Positions 13,076 through 26,595 of a stretch of 64,000 nt of DNA are shown here, piece after piece; position 1 is the stretch's first letter; each line of letters opens with the position of its first letter. Origin of the DNA: Isurus oxyrinchus (lineage: Eukaryota); the NCBI GenBank assembly GCA_026770705.1, contig JANJGN010000026.1:33356001-33420000 (forward strand). Direction: 5' to 3'. The notes below the pieces were generated by a model. It was not told where the DNA came from and made no database searches. It saw nothing but the letters and a program-made list of their open reading frames with translations. The position numbers were made by a program, and so were the translations under genes.

Positions 13076-14416
13076 TATATCCTGAGCAACAATCTCTTCG
13101 AAAAGCAGATATATTTACAGTTGCAATCTGTTACATTAAGAAACAGTTCTCCAGAGAGCTTTAACGGAAGGGGAGTAAGGGGCGGGGGCTTTTGTAATTC
13201 TTCTGTAATTCTTTTCCAATAAGAAGTAGCGAATGAGTAAACTCGGTCACCACATTTTGACACGAGTGCTGACTGGCCAAATATAGTTCCTCTACTTCCT
13301 CCTATGCCGTCTAATGGCATCACTCAGTAGATGGAAGGAGGAGGGGACAATGTTTGGCGGCTGGGGGGAACTATTCTGGATGGAGTTTGTGTTTGGCAAT
13401 TCGCCCCTCCCTCCCCTCCTCAGACCTCTTGGTCAGGAGAGAAAATAATGAGGTCATTTAAAGAACAACTGTACATTCTTCATGTTGCAGGAGGAAAATA
13501 GCGAACCAGAGAAACTCGGAGAGAGAATAACAGGACTGAAAAAGACGGAAGAGACACAAATAAGGAAGGGAAGGGTGAATAAGAAACACTGAGGAAGAAA
13601 TCACACGATGATTGCCATAAGGGAACAGCTGCTCTTCCTAGTGTTGTTCTAGCCATTGCCCAGTTATGGGCGATGGTGGCAAGATCGGCATTTATTGCCC
13701 ATCCCTTGTTTCACATAAGGATCTTATGATGAGCCTTCTCCTCCAACCACCAGTGTGTGTATGGTGAAAGTGCTCCACTGTACAGCTTACACCGGAGTGA
13801 GAATTGACTGTGGTTTGTAGGATTAATTGATAACACAGCACATAAAGAGGTCATTTGGTTAAGCGTGCATGTGCTTGAAGCCTGCAGGAGTTATCCAATA
13901 AACGTGAGGCTATTTTCTTTTTCTGTAGACCTGCATGTTTCATTTTGAAACATTTATCCAATTGCTTAATATTGTATCTGCTACCATCATTCTTTCAGGA
14001 AGGCTTTCAAGATCACAATAACTCGCCTTGAAACAAATCATTAATACGCCCCCCCCACCCTCCCCCCCCCCCCCCACCCCTCGTCCCCGCCCTCCCCGGA
14101 ATGATTAACTTGAATCGATACCATCTGATTATCGACCCTCCTGCCAGAAGAAAAGATTTCTCCTAATCTACTTTCTAAGGAAATTTTCATAAATTTGGTC
14201 ACCTCAATTAAAATTCCCCTTAGTTTCGCTGTTGCAAGGGAAATAAAAGGTTTCTCGATTCACTCGAGCTAAATCATATCCGTAATCCTTGACACCATTG
14301 TGTTAGAACATGAAAAATGTGTTTTTCATCATTTTCTTAATGACAAATTTTATTTTTGAAGAGTTGCTCCGTGGCAGATGCCTTTGCTTATCTCTCCAGC
14401 TTTTCTCTGGTATAAC

Positions 14417-14991
14417 GATGATTTATACGGAGTAGAGCGGCTTTGAAACACTGTGACCCTCAATCCGCAGAAATAGATGGTGCTGTCTTTAGGCTCTGCT
14501 GCAGAAATTGACAAAGGAAAAACTTGATATTGACGGAAATGACGAGCATCGAATTTTCCGTTCCAAACTCGCATCCCTGCGCCTGGTTTTATCATAGTAC
14601 AACAGAGACTGGGATGCCTGGTTCGGGCACAGCCGGTACCAGCAGCAACCCGGATCATGAGAACTGGAGTTGTATTTACAGTTCAAAAACGGATTATCTC
14701 CCTCATGTACCTTCAACTCATATTGACTCTGCATTACCGAACTCCCTTGGGTTTTATCTGTAAAATAATATAGAAACTTCAGTTAACACACTTACTGGTT
14801 ACGAACATTCCAGTCCACAATTATGGTATAACTATTATAAGGGACATTTGGATAATTCACACTAGAGAAAGAAAGACATTTTAAAATTTACAGATTACAA
14901 GGGGTAGAATGATAAGTCATATCAACACAGGGCTCACATGTCCCAGTATACCTATTACAAAGGAGATCAGGAACAGCTCAACAGCCGTCAT
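14417..14991 (-). pseudogene. TCR alpha/delta V pseudogene
   Basis: Leader MTAVELFLISFVI (14991-14952). V exon from 14757 reads DKTQGSSVMQSQ...LNCKY...WYR, frameshift, then ...FPLSISAAEPKDSTIYFCGLRV. CACAGTG heptamer (14455-14449) with a degenerate nonamer. Confidence 0.9.
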
Positions 14992-15249
14992 CTCTAAAGT
15001 CCTGGCAAAATATTCCTGACTATAATGTTAAAGTCTTACCGGGCACGTGCTTAATCAAGGTTTATTTCCTTGGCTCATGATCACCGCAATGATATCCCGA
15101 AAGTTGCTCAGTTACAAACAGCAGAAATGACCAGGTGATAGACGTGAGCAAGAAATAAACACAGTTAGCGGCAGTCTGGTTGGGCTAGCAAAGATCACTT
15201 GTGTGCATGGTTACGTCACTCTAGTGGAGTACTAGGTGCCACAAAACCC

Positions 15250-17040
15250 ACTGTAATATAAATAGACACATAATCTGGAGTATTATAAAAAAATGTTTAG
15301 TTTCGTAATGCAATAACTGAGGCAGGCCTTGTGCAATATAAATGAAAGCAATGTTTCAGATATTTTAACCAGAGACATATTCTAAGTAAGTGCTAACTCA
15401 GTGCTTTGCGAGGTAAGCATGGCATACCGAAGTAAAAACTGAAACAAGCATCTAGTGTAATTCAAACGAAGACAAGATTTAGTGCTGATATAACTGCACA
15501 ACCAGTGGTGAAGTTTAAACACTGACGGATCATGGTCTAACATAAAGAAACAATTTCTTCAGTGCAGCGATTCCTTCCTCTGATACAAGGTCTAGTGTAA
15601 AATAAAGATAGAAATGGGCTACCGCGGTAATAACTGACGCAAGCCGATGGTAAACTAAAAGGATACACGTCTATTTTAAGATAAGCAATGACATTGACTT
15701 GTGCTATGAAACCTGAGATAGGGTCTTACGTAATATAAGCACCACGTGATTTGAAGCAGAGCATAGAGAAAGCGCTACACATAAGATAAAGAGTTACATA
15801 GTACAGTGCTAACAAAGAAAGGTCATCTAATGCAATAATTGCTTGGACACAGTCCAGCATAATACAAATGGCGACATGATCTACTGTCGCAAAAACAGAG
15901 GCAAGGCCGAGTCTTTAATAAGTTGAAACACACATTCCTGTGCATTAATATCTGTGGCAGAGTTTTGTGTAATATGAACAGAGATAATATTCGTACACCA
16001 ATAACTGAGATAGGATTAGTGTAACTTAAACAGTTGAACAGTGTAATGTAATATGTAGAACAGCATCTACTGCAATATAAACATGGCTGGGAGCTTGTGT
16101 AATATGAAGAAAGACAGAGTCTAGAGTTGCAGTAACTGGGCAGGCCCTCAATTATTGTAAACAGTAACTTTATCCAGTCCAGTTATGACGAATACAGCGC
16201 CCAGAGCAACAAAGGAAGTGTCATGTTCTTGTGTAATATAAACAGGAACAGGGTCTCCTGGCATATAAACTGAAACATGGCCGACTGCACGATTAACTGA
16301 ATCATCCCCCAGTGTAATATAGCTGAAGCAGAATTTAATTCATTAATATCTAAGACCTGGCCGACTGTAATGTCAGAAGGGATGTGTTGGACTGCAATGA
16401 TAAACTCACGCCGGTTCCGTCCGAAAGCAAACAGACACATGGTCGAATGGAGTAACAATTAAGAGATGGCCTAACACATGTTAAAGAGTAGAAGGAGCTG
16501 AGATCGACACGGTTGCAAAGGCGCAAGAGACGAGTCCAGTACAAAATAGAATAATAAGTGATCTTGTGCAGCAATTAAGGAATTGCACTGAGACCGAGTC
16601 TGTAGGAGATAGAACAATGTCATGGTGTTCTGGGATATTGAGTCAGAAACATGATCTACTGTGATATGAAATCAGATAAATGTGTGGGATAATATGGACA
16701 AACAGAGATCTAGTGTAATGAAAACTGAGATAAGGCCTGGAATAATCTGCAAAGGGACATTTCGCATTTTACAACAAACAAAGATAGGATGAAAGTTAAC
16801 AGAACTATAGTCTGGTGCAGTATTAAATAAAATAGGACCTAGTGTGAAATAAGCAGGGGACGAATCTCATGCTGTAATAAAATGCCACTTAGTCCAATAT
16901 AAACAGAAACATTATCTGGTTTAAAATTATCAGCGGCATGGTCTAGTGCATTAAAAACTCATAGAGGACACCATTTAAAATCAGTGGCATCGTCTAAAGC
17001 ATTTTTTAATAAAGCCTGCTGTAATCGAAAGGAAGGTATG
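15250..17040 (+). repeat. Old degenerate tandem array, ~27-bp unit (approx. TCTAGTGTAATATAAACAGAGACAGGG)
   Basis: Recurrent CTAGTGTAATATAAAC / GTGCAATAACTGAG at ~26-27-nt spacing. Further patches at ~19060-19230, 21500-21900, 22465-22590, 30450-30850, and inverted at ~34790-35110. Confidence 0.7.
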
Positions 17041-17069
17041 GTCCTACTGCCACCAGGTGGACGCTGAAT

Positions 17070-19030
17070 GCAATGTCCCCAGTTCGCCGATGCCAAAACG
17101 TTGATGGAAAAGATAGCTCTCAGGAGGATGCTAAGATTCTGAAAAGGAATACAAACTGGTTAAATGTGTGGAAGCACCATAAAGACGGACTAAGCATGAA
17201 ATCCTGCACTTGGTGACGGTGTTGGATGGATGGGGGGGTGGTGGTGTTGGGGGGGGGGGGGGGGGTGGGTGGGGACAGGATATTACTTATGGATCACGGA
17301 AAGTTAAAATTCTGGCACAGTCTGCAGTTAGGAAATCAAATGGTATGTTAGCCGATTTAGAAACGGATTAGAGTAAAAGAGTTTAGAAGCCTTACAGCAA
17401 TTATATAATTAATTGTATATATCCCAGTGAGATTTCCTAGGGTACTGTACACAGTTTTGGTTTTCAAACCTAAGGAAGGATGTATTTGCCTTAGAGAGGA
17501 TAAAACAAAGGTTCACCACATTAATTCCTGGGATGAGGTGCTTGTCCCACGAGAAGAGGTTAAGTCGGCTTTGCACACGTTCCACTGAAGTTTTTTTAAT
17601 TCTTTTTTTAAGGGATGTGGGCTCCTCTGCCTGGGCCAGCATTTTTTGCCCATCCCTAATTGCAGTTGAGAAGGGGTTGGTGAGCTGCCTTCTTGAATCG
17701 CTGCAGTTCCGGTGCTGCAGGTACACCCAAAGTCCAATTACAGATGGGATTCCAGGATTTTGACACAGCGACAGTGAAAGAGCAGTGATATTTTCCCAAG
17801 TCAGGATGCTGGGTGGCTTGGAGGGCTGATTCCTGATGTTGGTAATCCCTTGTGTCTGCTAGTCGTGGTCCTGAGTTTGGAAGGCGCTGTCTAAGGAGCC
17901 TTGGTGAATTCCTGCCGTGCAGTTTGTAGATGGTACACACTGCTGCTATGTGCGTCAGTGGTGAAGGGAGTGAATGTTTGTGGATGGGGTGCCAAATAAG
18001 TGGGGTGTTTGATCATGGGCTGTGTCAAGCTCCTTGAGTGTTGCGCTCATCCAGACAAGTGGACATTATTCCACCACACCCGTGACTTGTGCCTTCTGGA
18101 TAGTGAACAGGATTTAGTGAGTCAGGAGGAGAGTGACTCGAAGCACGATTCCTAGCTTCTGGCCTGGTCTTGTAGGCATACTTTCATGTGCCTAGTCCAG
18201 TTCAGTTTCTGGTCAATGATAACACCCAGGATGTTGATATTGGGGGGATTCAGAGATGGCAATGCCATTGCACGTCAAGGGGCCATGGTCAAATTCTCTC
18301 TTGTTGGAGATGGTCATTGCCTGGTACCTGTATGGCGTGAATATTACTTGCCACTTATCAGCCCAAGTCTGGACATTGGCTAGGTCTTGCTGCATTTGGA
18401 CATGGACTGCTTCAGTACCTGAGGAGTCGTGAATGGTGCTGAACATTGTGCAATCATCTGTGGACCTCGTCACTTCTAACCTTCTGATCTAAGGAAGGTC
18501 AGCAGCTGAAGATGGTGGGGCTAAGGGCACTACCCTGAGGAACTCCTGCAGTGATGTCCTAGAACTGAGATGATTGACTTTTAACAGCCACAACGATCTT
18601 CTTTTGTGCTGTGTATGACTATAACCAGCGGAGATCTTTCCCCCAAATGCACATTGACTCCACTTTTGCCAGGGCTCCTTGACGCCACAGTCAGTCAAAT
18701 GCTGCCTTGATGTCAAGGGCAGTCATTTTCAACTCCCCTCTGATAATAACGAGAGAGGATCTCATATATAATTCTTAAGGGGCTGCAAGGATTTCGGCTT
18801 CACCGTGGAATCTAGTACCAAGGCTCACAGTCTCAGCATACGGGGTCGACAATTTGGTACTGATGGTTCTGTACCCATTGAGCTGTGGGGCTTCTGGTGA
18901 CAAAAAAGAATTAATGAATATGGGGATATTCCTGTAACATGGAATTGAGATAGAATATGAACCATGAATTCACTGCTTGGTGGTGAAGACTCGAATGGTC
19001 GATTGCCTAATACATTCCTAGATCGTATAT
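17070..19030. mobile_element. CR1-type LINE fragment (+) interrupted by an opposite-strand LINE fragment (~17610-18740)
   Basis: TTCGCCGATG (FAD) and TACTGTACACAGTTTTGG on +; minus-strand RT-like peptides STIHDSSGTEAVHVQMQQDLANVQTWADKWQVIFTP. Confidence 0.75.
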
Positions 19031-19769
19031 TTTTATGTTGAACCATCTCCTTATTTTTACATAAATAGAGAGACGTGGTCTAGTGCATTCATTCGTGTTC
19101 CAGTGTCTAGTGTAATATAAACAAAAATATGACTTGGTACAGTGCAACTGAGATAAGTTCGAGTGGACTAAAGACAATGACATGTTCTTGTACAGTAATG
19201 ACAGAGATAGGTCCTTGTGCACTATGAGCAGAATCTCCGTTCAGCTGCCACTACGTGTCTACAGATTTCCAAAGCGCCACTACAACACTGCCTCTTTATT
19301 TCTATTGCACATTTTTATTTTCAGCACTGTTTGAAAGTTTGACATTGTAGTTAATGTAAAAATGGTGGGTGCAAGTTACTGATTCTCGTACTAGCAGGTC
19401 AGCAGACACTGATGACCACCTCATCACGTTCAGCAGGAGGTAAAATGGGTTTTATGTGCACTAATTGAAGATGAGCTTATTTGATTTATGCACAGAAACA
19501 TCAACGGCAGAGGAAAGTGGCTTGGACCCCAGCAATCTTTCTTCGGTTATTTAAGGTCAAGAGAGGGATATTGACCAATATATAGTGTAGGACCATGAGA
19601 ACTTTAATTCCTCCCAGAACAGCCAAGGTTCATGATCTCCCCAAAAAGATAGCATCTTTTCAATAGCCCGATTAGAATTCTGATATTTATGCTCAGGTTC
19701 TGAAGTTGAGGTGGAATCCACAATGTAATGACAATCAAATCAGAACAATCAGAAAGGAATAATTGGCAT

Positions 19770-20000
19770 TCTAGTTGTGCGAGGCTTCTTGAGGATGAGT
19801 GACCAGAATATGATAGAATTCTTCATCAAGATGGAGAGTGACATAGTTGATTCTGAGACTAGGGCCCTGAAACTTAATAAAGGAAACTACGATGGTTTGA
19901 CGCGCGAGTTGGCTATGATGGATTGGGAAACGATACTTAAAGAGATGACGGTGGATAGGCAATGGCAAACGTTCGAAGAGCACATGGGTTAACTGAAACA
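19770..20000 (+). mobile_element. CR1-type LINE ORF2 internal fragment
   Basis: SDQNMIEFFIKMES...LNKGNYDGLTRELAMMDW...VDRQWQTF. Confidence 0.7.
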
Positions 20001-20790
20001 ATGTCACTTTAGCTGAAAGGCTTGAGGTAATATCTTATATTTACATATATACCATTGCATTCGCTAATGTAGTTCCTGTTAAGCTTCCCGATGCTAATAT
20101 CACATAAAGCAGCCTGAAGAATACAATTACTAAACTTAATTCATCCAATTCCAATTTATGGGCTCATCAAACCTAAAGGAAAGACGGGGCACACTCACCC
20201 CATCAAAACTGTGCCCGGTCTCTGGAAAAAAAGTGCCTATAATTAGTTGTACTCTCTTTCTCTTTTTCCAAACTCCTGCACGTCTTCCACTTCCAAGCAT
20301 CCGTACAATTTCCTTTTGAAGGTTACAACTAAATATGGTCCCATCTCCCTAAAGGAAATAAAGCCCAGCTCACAGCAATTCGCTGCATAAAAAAATCTAC
20401 CTTTTCCCCTTTATTCCTCTACGAATTGTCTGAACATTGGCTAGTGATCCTTCTGCCAGTGGAATTAGCATCTCACTAACAATTCTGTAAAACAAACCTT
20501 CAGAAATTTAGAAACCTCTATTATAATCCCCCTGTAAGATTCTTGTCCTTTTTCTCTAATTTCTTCAGATACCCGAGGTGTCTCATCTCTGGTTCAGTTT
20601 GAATAAATATCTTCTGGGCCTGCTCCAAAACTATTGCATGCTCCTGAAAGTGTGGTTTCAAATAAATTCAATACCTTTTTTTCCCTTCAGATAAATTCTA
20701 GCGATATATGTTCGCTTACAACTAGTCTAAGCAATAATTTGCGTAATTCCAATCTCTGTACTAAGACTATTACTTTCGCCGACAGCGCAC

Positions 20791-20860
20791 AGAATCACCT
20801 GTATGCTCAACAAAATTGGTTTGTTTAGAATCACCTGTATGCTCAACAAAATTGGTTTGT
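20791..20860 (+). repeat. 36-bp tandem duplication
   Basis: AGAATCACCTGTATGCTCAACAAAATTGGTTTGT x2. Confidence 0.9.
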
Positions 20861-20869
20861 CTAGTTCTT

Positions 20870-20998
20870 TCGAAGGGTCATGAGGACTCGATACGTCAAC
20901 TCTTTTCTTCTCCGCCGATGCTGCCAGACCTGCTGAGTTTTTCGAGGTAATTCTGTTTTTGTTTCGGATTTCCAGCATCCGCAGTTTTTTTGTTTTTA
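20870..20998 (+). mobile_element. Common shark short interspersed repeat (Penelope-like terminus); related hairpin copy 30240-30415
   Basis: GATGCTGCCAGACCTGCTGAGTTTTTC...GATTTCCAGCATCCGCAG. Confidence 0.55.
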
Positions 20999-21064
20999 TA
21001 TTATTGGTTTGTTTTCAATGTCCGTTAGATCACTGCCGCCACCTGCTGACCAACATCCTCTACT

Positions 21065-21294
21065 ACAGGCCCTGGAGTTTATCTAAAATGATTCAGAATT
21101 CTACACGTAACATGTCCATTTGCTAGTGAATTTCACTCAGTGAAGTTTTTCAGCGCAAACCACGAGAGACAAGAGATGAAAAGGATTTAAGACGGAAGTG
21201 CCAATATTACTGTTATGAATTTCGAGAAGTTTTCCGTGAGAAGGTGTGCAGTTACTGAGGAAGAGACTGGCAGTAAAGAAAGGAACAAAACCAT
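21065..21294 (-). pseudogene. V relic: TATA, leader-like exon and only the first codons of a V exon
   Basis: TATAAAA ~21368-21362; ATGGTTTTGTTCCTTTCTTTACTG...CTCA|GTAACT; acceptor TTTTAG|ATAAACTCCAGGG resembles the 14757 V exon start (ATAAAACCCAAGGG). Confidence 0.45.
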
Positions 21295-21930
21295 TTCTGC
21301 TGGTGGAGTGGGTTGAACAGCTGCTGCTCAGTTTCTTCTGGCGGAGGCTCACTTGCGCCCATTTTATAGCGCATTCCAAATGTCTGCAACGAGCACAGGG
21401 CGTATCGAAATTTTAAAGATATTTTCAGTGCACAGTTGCAACACGGAGATGTTTGCGCCATCTTTTTACTTATATTTTCATTACGCTAGACAGACGTTCA
21501 TGTGATAGAATCAGAGGCATGGCGTAATAAAATATAAACAGGGCAAGGGCCCAATATAATAAAAGTCCAGAGACAGCGTCTGATGTAATATAAACAAAGA
21601 TATGCACTTATGCAGCAACATCTGACACATGGCCAAATGTAATATAAATTATTATATTATAATATAATGCATCATATTATGAAATACTATAATATAATAA
21701 CATTACATAATCAAATGTAGCTACGTAGGACAATCCGTTGCGACACTATTCTATGCATGGGTAAGGCATTCAAAGTTTGTGGGCTTGAATCCCACCAGGG
21801 TCAAATTTTGAAGGGGCGAATAGAGACAAACTCAGCTCTGATTCTGCAGCAGTGATAACTGCGACGGGGTTCTTGTGTAATGTCACGTGAAATAGATGCA
21901 ATGCTGGAATAAACTAGACAGGCTCTTCTG

Positions 21931-22462
21931 TTGAGGCTACAGCAGGAGTACTGTGTGCAGTTCTGGTCGCCACATTATAGGAAGGATGTGATTGCACTGG
22001 AGGGGGTGCAGAGGAGATTCACCAGAATGTTGCCTGGGATGAAACATTTAAGTTATGAAGAGAGGTTGGATAGATTTGGGTTGTTTTCGTTGGAGCAGAG
22101 AAGATTGATGAGCGATCTCATCGAGGTGTACAAGATTATGAAGGTTAGCACCCCTTACTTGAAGGGTCAGTCATAAGGGGGCATAAGTTCCATGTGAGGG
22201 GCAGGAGGTTTAAGGGGGATGTGAGGAAAGCTTTTTTTTTGCCCAGAGGGTGGTGATGGTCTGGAATGCATTGCCTGGGAGGGCGGTGGAAGCGGGTTGC
22301 CTCACATCCTGAAAAAGTACCTGGATGAGCACTTGGCACGTCATAACATTTAAGGCTATGGGCCAACTGCTGGTAAATGGGAGCAGTTAGATAAGTCAGG
22401 TGTTTCTCACATGTCGGTGCAGACTCGATGGGCCAAAGGGCCTCTTCTGCACTGTGACTCTG
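21931..22462 (+). mobile_element. CR1-type LINE 3' end
   Basis: EYCVQFWSPHYRKDVIALEGVQRRFTRMLPG...EERLDRFGLFSLEQRRL. Confidence 0.9.
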
Positions 22463-22859
22463 TGAATATAAACAGATGTTTCATCAGTCCAGCAATAACA
22501 GAAACAGTGTCTCATATTGTATAAATGGAGAAGGAGCTTCGTGTTACATACACAGTGATAGAGAGCATATATACGGTTCCGAGCTAAGATATCCATTTGC
22601 TTGAGGAATCGAATGACCTCAACTATCACTAATCTATGAAAATTCAGTCACCGGAGCTTACATTGATTAGACGTACGGCCACCTCCATTTGACCTTGCAT
22701 GGCATGACCTATAGTCAATTCCCCACTAACAACATCCTGAACACCCGTGGCTACAGCAGCCCAACAGAGTTTGAACATTATGCGGATTCCCAATCGTAGC
22801 TGTTGCATGTGAAGCCCATAGGATGCACTGCAGCAGCACACAAAGGCTCTATTTTATTA

Positions 22860-23240
22860 ATTTATGGGATGTGGGCTTCGCTGGCAGGGGCAGCATTTAT
22901 TGCCCACCACAAGTTGCCCTTTGGAACGTGGTGGTGAGCTTCCTTCTTTAACCACTGCAGTCTGTAAGGTGTAGGTACACCCGCAGTGCTGTTAGGGAGT
23001 GCCAGGCTTTTGGCCCAGCAATAGTGGAGGAACAGCGATATATTTCCAAGTCAGGATGGTGAGTGACTTGGAGGAGAACTTCCAAGTAGTGATGTTCCTA
23101 TCTCTCTGCTTCCCTTGTCCTTATAGGCTTTAGTGGTCGTGGGTTTGGAAGATGCTGTCGATGGAGCCTTGGTGAGTTCCTGCAGTGCACCTTTAGGTGG
23201 TACACACTGCTGCTTCTGTGCATCGGTAGTAAGTACCGCC
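22860..23240 (-). mobile_element. LINE 3'-end repeat (other copies ~13665-13780, 47870-48130, 51810-51950; + strand ~47385-47620)
   Basis: GGGATGTGGG...CAGCATTTATTGCCC...GTGGTGGTGAGCTGCCTTCTTGAACC shared motif. Confidence 0.8.
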
Positions 23241-24079
23241 CAAACCCATGATGTCAATCACTTAGAAGGGCAACTGAACATGGTAGAACCATCACATCCA
23301 CTTTCCCCTCCAAGTCAAACATCATTCCAACTTATTTATATCGCTGGTCTTTCATCGACCCTGGGTCTTAATTTTGTAAATCCTAGCTAACAGCATTGTG
23401 CAGACAACTTGCGCAGAGGGGCTGATGTGGTTCATGAAGGTTGCTCACCAGTGGGAAGTAGAAAACTGCATTAAATACCAGCCTTGATACTGATGTTCAC
23501 ATCATGAGTATAGAGGCGAAATAATACGAGGAACAGCGGATACAGAATCACAAATACCTGGCGTTATCTTTCTTGCTTTTGTTAGTTCTTTCTTTCATTT
23601 TTACTGTATATTTGAATTCTTTCCTTTTTCTTCTTTCTCTATTTCAGATTTTCTCTCCTCTCCTCCCTCTTCCACTTTGATTCATTAATTCTCTTTCTGC
23701 TTTTGGAATATGATGAGTTACCTTGCATCACAAGAGTATTACTTTTTTGAGCAGGACGATAAGGCAGTGATGGAACGGCGAATTTTTAAACACAAACCCC
23801 GCCCAGCACGGTGTTCTACGCAACCCGGGTCTCTCCTCCTCCTCTATGAATGACATTGTGAGCGATGCCGTCAAATGCGGCAGGAGGACGAGACAGTTCT
23901 CCTGTTCAAACCCAGATAATTGATTCGTTACATTTTGATAACAGCAGAATTGCACGAGACGCTTCCTCCTCTCTAGCTCTACATATATGCAAACCCGTTT
24001 TTCCACGGTACTCTAACAGATTACAACAACAAATAGAACTGCTCTTCCAAGGGGCTGTTATTGCATCATAATAGATCCC

Positions 24080-24568
24080 ATGTCGTACCGCTGTCCCGTT
24101 ATATTCTGATTGGTGTTCGGCAAGTACGGCCAGGCCTGGTATCTGTTTACACTTTTGTGGTGCCATGAGGCGTTCTAACACAGTTAGAGTTATAGTTGCC
24201 CCTCAGTTCTGTTTTATTTCAAGGGAGATCCGGGCAGATTCGGTATAACAAGCTCAGATAACACTCTACGTGGCTGAATGAGATGGTGTGATAAAAGATT
24301 GTAGGTAATAGACACAACAAACCTCCGTGACCCCGATCTGTAGTGGCACTGACAGCGCACAAAGACACCCCGTTTTATTTTTCATCGGGATAACAACAGG
24401 AAAATTGACATGGATTTTGCCAAGAGAAGATTCGAGGCCAAGCAGACTAATGCAGAAAAAAAAGTTTCCTTTATCGATCACTGGAGAGGAAATCTAGGAC
24501 ACCGCCGCATCTTTCTGTGTGCTGAGGATCACAATTATTTCAAACTCATCTGTCGCTGCAAAAACTTC
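24080..24568 (+). pseudogene. TCR alpha/delta V pseudogene, inverted paralog of 12605-13075
   Basis: Decayed leader 24080-24119; V remnant IRADSV*QAQITLYVAE...DFAKRRFEAKQTN...DTAASFCVLRI with several stops; RSS CACAATT-23-AAAAACTTC whose spacer (AAACTCATCTGTCGCTG) is shared with the 12.6-kb V. Confidence 0.85.
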
Positions 24569-25489
24569 AGCGATATAGAACTGCCATACGCTTTATCTCC
24601 AGGTCAAACGAACATGACCTACTCTGTTAGTGCCATCCGCTGCTCAGTCGGTCTGACTCCTGCATCTGAATTATAAGCTTATAAATTCAATTCTCACTCC
24701 AGAGAGTTCAGTCCACAATCCAGGCTGATTCTTGGGTGCCAGAGGAGACGTTGAACCGAGGGTCCGGCGACTCTCTTAGATAAAATGATTCCAGGCCTCC
24801 ATTTGGTAGAATGATAGAGGATTTCTCTCAAGTTTCCTGGACCTATTCTAATGTCTAAACCGACATCACTAAAAGAGCTTACCACGTTGCCTTTTTGTGG
24901 GAGCTTGTTGTGTATATATTAGTTACCGCATTTCCTACATTTCAACAGCGGCTGCCCTGCGAATTGCTGCATTAACATTTTAAGGTGTGTAGGGAAGGCT
25001 GGATTTGCTCACTGCCATTGTTCGTATGTGTAACATATTAAATATTGCAATTCCTGGAACTGTCTCAACTTCTAGAATCACTTCGATGATGTTAGTTACT
25101 TGACTGGATATCACACCTGCACAATGGTGCGCTGTGCCTTCAAAGGAGCTGAGACGATTTGCAACAATCTGCAAAAAATATTTGAGCAGAGACCCGAAAC
25201 AACTCTTTATATCTGAGCGATCAATGTCAGGGTGAACACACAGCAGCTTACCGCTGATTTCAACGAGCTTCATTAACTTTCATCTGGCTTTCTCCTCCAT
25301 GTTTTGTTTACACACATCCTCCAAATCAAGATTTTGGATAACTCAGTGTTATTTGGGAAAGTCAGATGGGAAACTCAGGATGGCAGCTATTTTCAGTAAC
25401 ATGTTAAAAATATAATCCACTATATTAGTCGAAATTCTAGTCTCTTGCTCTTTGTGATCTGAAGCAACGGGTTACTTCCAATGGCTTGT

Positions 25490-26595
25490 TAAAGTCAAAG
25501 GTTAACTTCAGTTACCTGGATGGCTGGCGGACAGCAGAGAGCGTGGATAAATGGCTCTTCTTCGGTTTAGCAGGATGTAATGAGAGGAGTCTGTATGGGG
25601 CCTCATTTTTTTTAACGATTTACATCAATGATTTGGATGAGGTGAGTGAAGTCATGCTAGCTAATTTTGCAGATGACACAGAGATAGGTAGGAAAGTATG
25701 CTGCGAAGAGGGCATGAGGAGGTTGCAGGTGGATATGGATAGGTTGAGTGAGTGGGCAAAGACCTGATAAATTGAGTGTAATGTGGGAAAATATGAAGGT
25801 GTTCACTTTGGCAGGGAGAAGAAAAAAGCAAAGTATTACTTAAATGGATAATGACTGCATAATTCTGAGGTGCAGATGGATCCATGTGTTCTAGCTCATG
25901 AGTCACAAAAAGTGATTTTGCGGACACTGGAAATAAGTAAGAAGGCTAATGGAATGCTATGCTTTATTATGAGAGGGATTGAATATAAAAGTACGAATGA
26001 TATGCTTCAGTTATACAGGACATTATTGAGACGGCACCTCGAATACTGTGTGCTGTTCTGTTCTACTTTTTTAGGGAAGGTTGTAAATGCATTACAGGTG
26101 GTTGAAAGGAGATTTACTAGATTGATGTCTGGAATGAGTGGGTTGTCTTATGAGGAAAGGTTGGACAGACTGGGTTTGTTTCCACTGGAGTTTACAAGAG
26201 TGAGGGGTGATTTCGTTGACGTATACAAAATCCTGAACGGCCGTGACAAGGTGGATGTCAAAAGAATGTTTCCTCTTGTGGGTGAGCCCAGAACTAGGGG
26301 GCACTGTTTTAAAATAAGTGTTCACCCTTTGAGAACAGAGATGAGGAGAATTTTCTTCTCTCAGAGGGTTGTGCGTCCTTGGAACTCTGCCTCAGAAGGC
26401 AGTGGAGGCGGGGTCATTAAATAGTTTTAAGCAGAGGTAGACAGATTCTTGTTAGGCAAGGGAATCACAGTTATTTGGGTTAGATAGGAATGTGGAAATC
26501 AAAACACAAGAAGATCAGCCACGATCTTATTGAATGGCGGAGCAGGCTCGAGGGGCCGAATGGTCCACTCCTGTTCCCAGTACTATGTTCTTATG
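25490..26595 (+). mobile_element. CR1-type LINE, RT C-terminal part and 3' UTR
   Basis: IYINDLDE...NFADDTEIG; LYRTLLRRHLEYCVLF...YEERLDRLGLFPLE. Confidence 0.92.

Noticed and set aside
15250-17040. CRISPR-like repeat-spacer array
   Set aside because: Vertebrate DNA; units are contiguous and degenerate with no unique spacers, and there are no cas genes.
25870-26424. 184-aa ORF as a host gene
   Set aside because: CR1 LINE ORF2 remnant.
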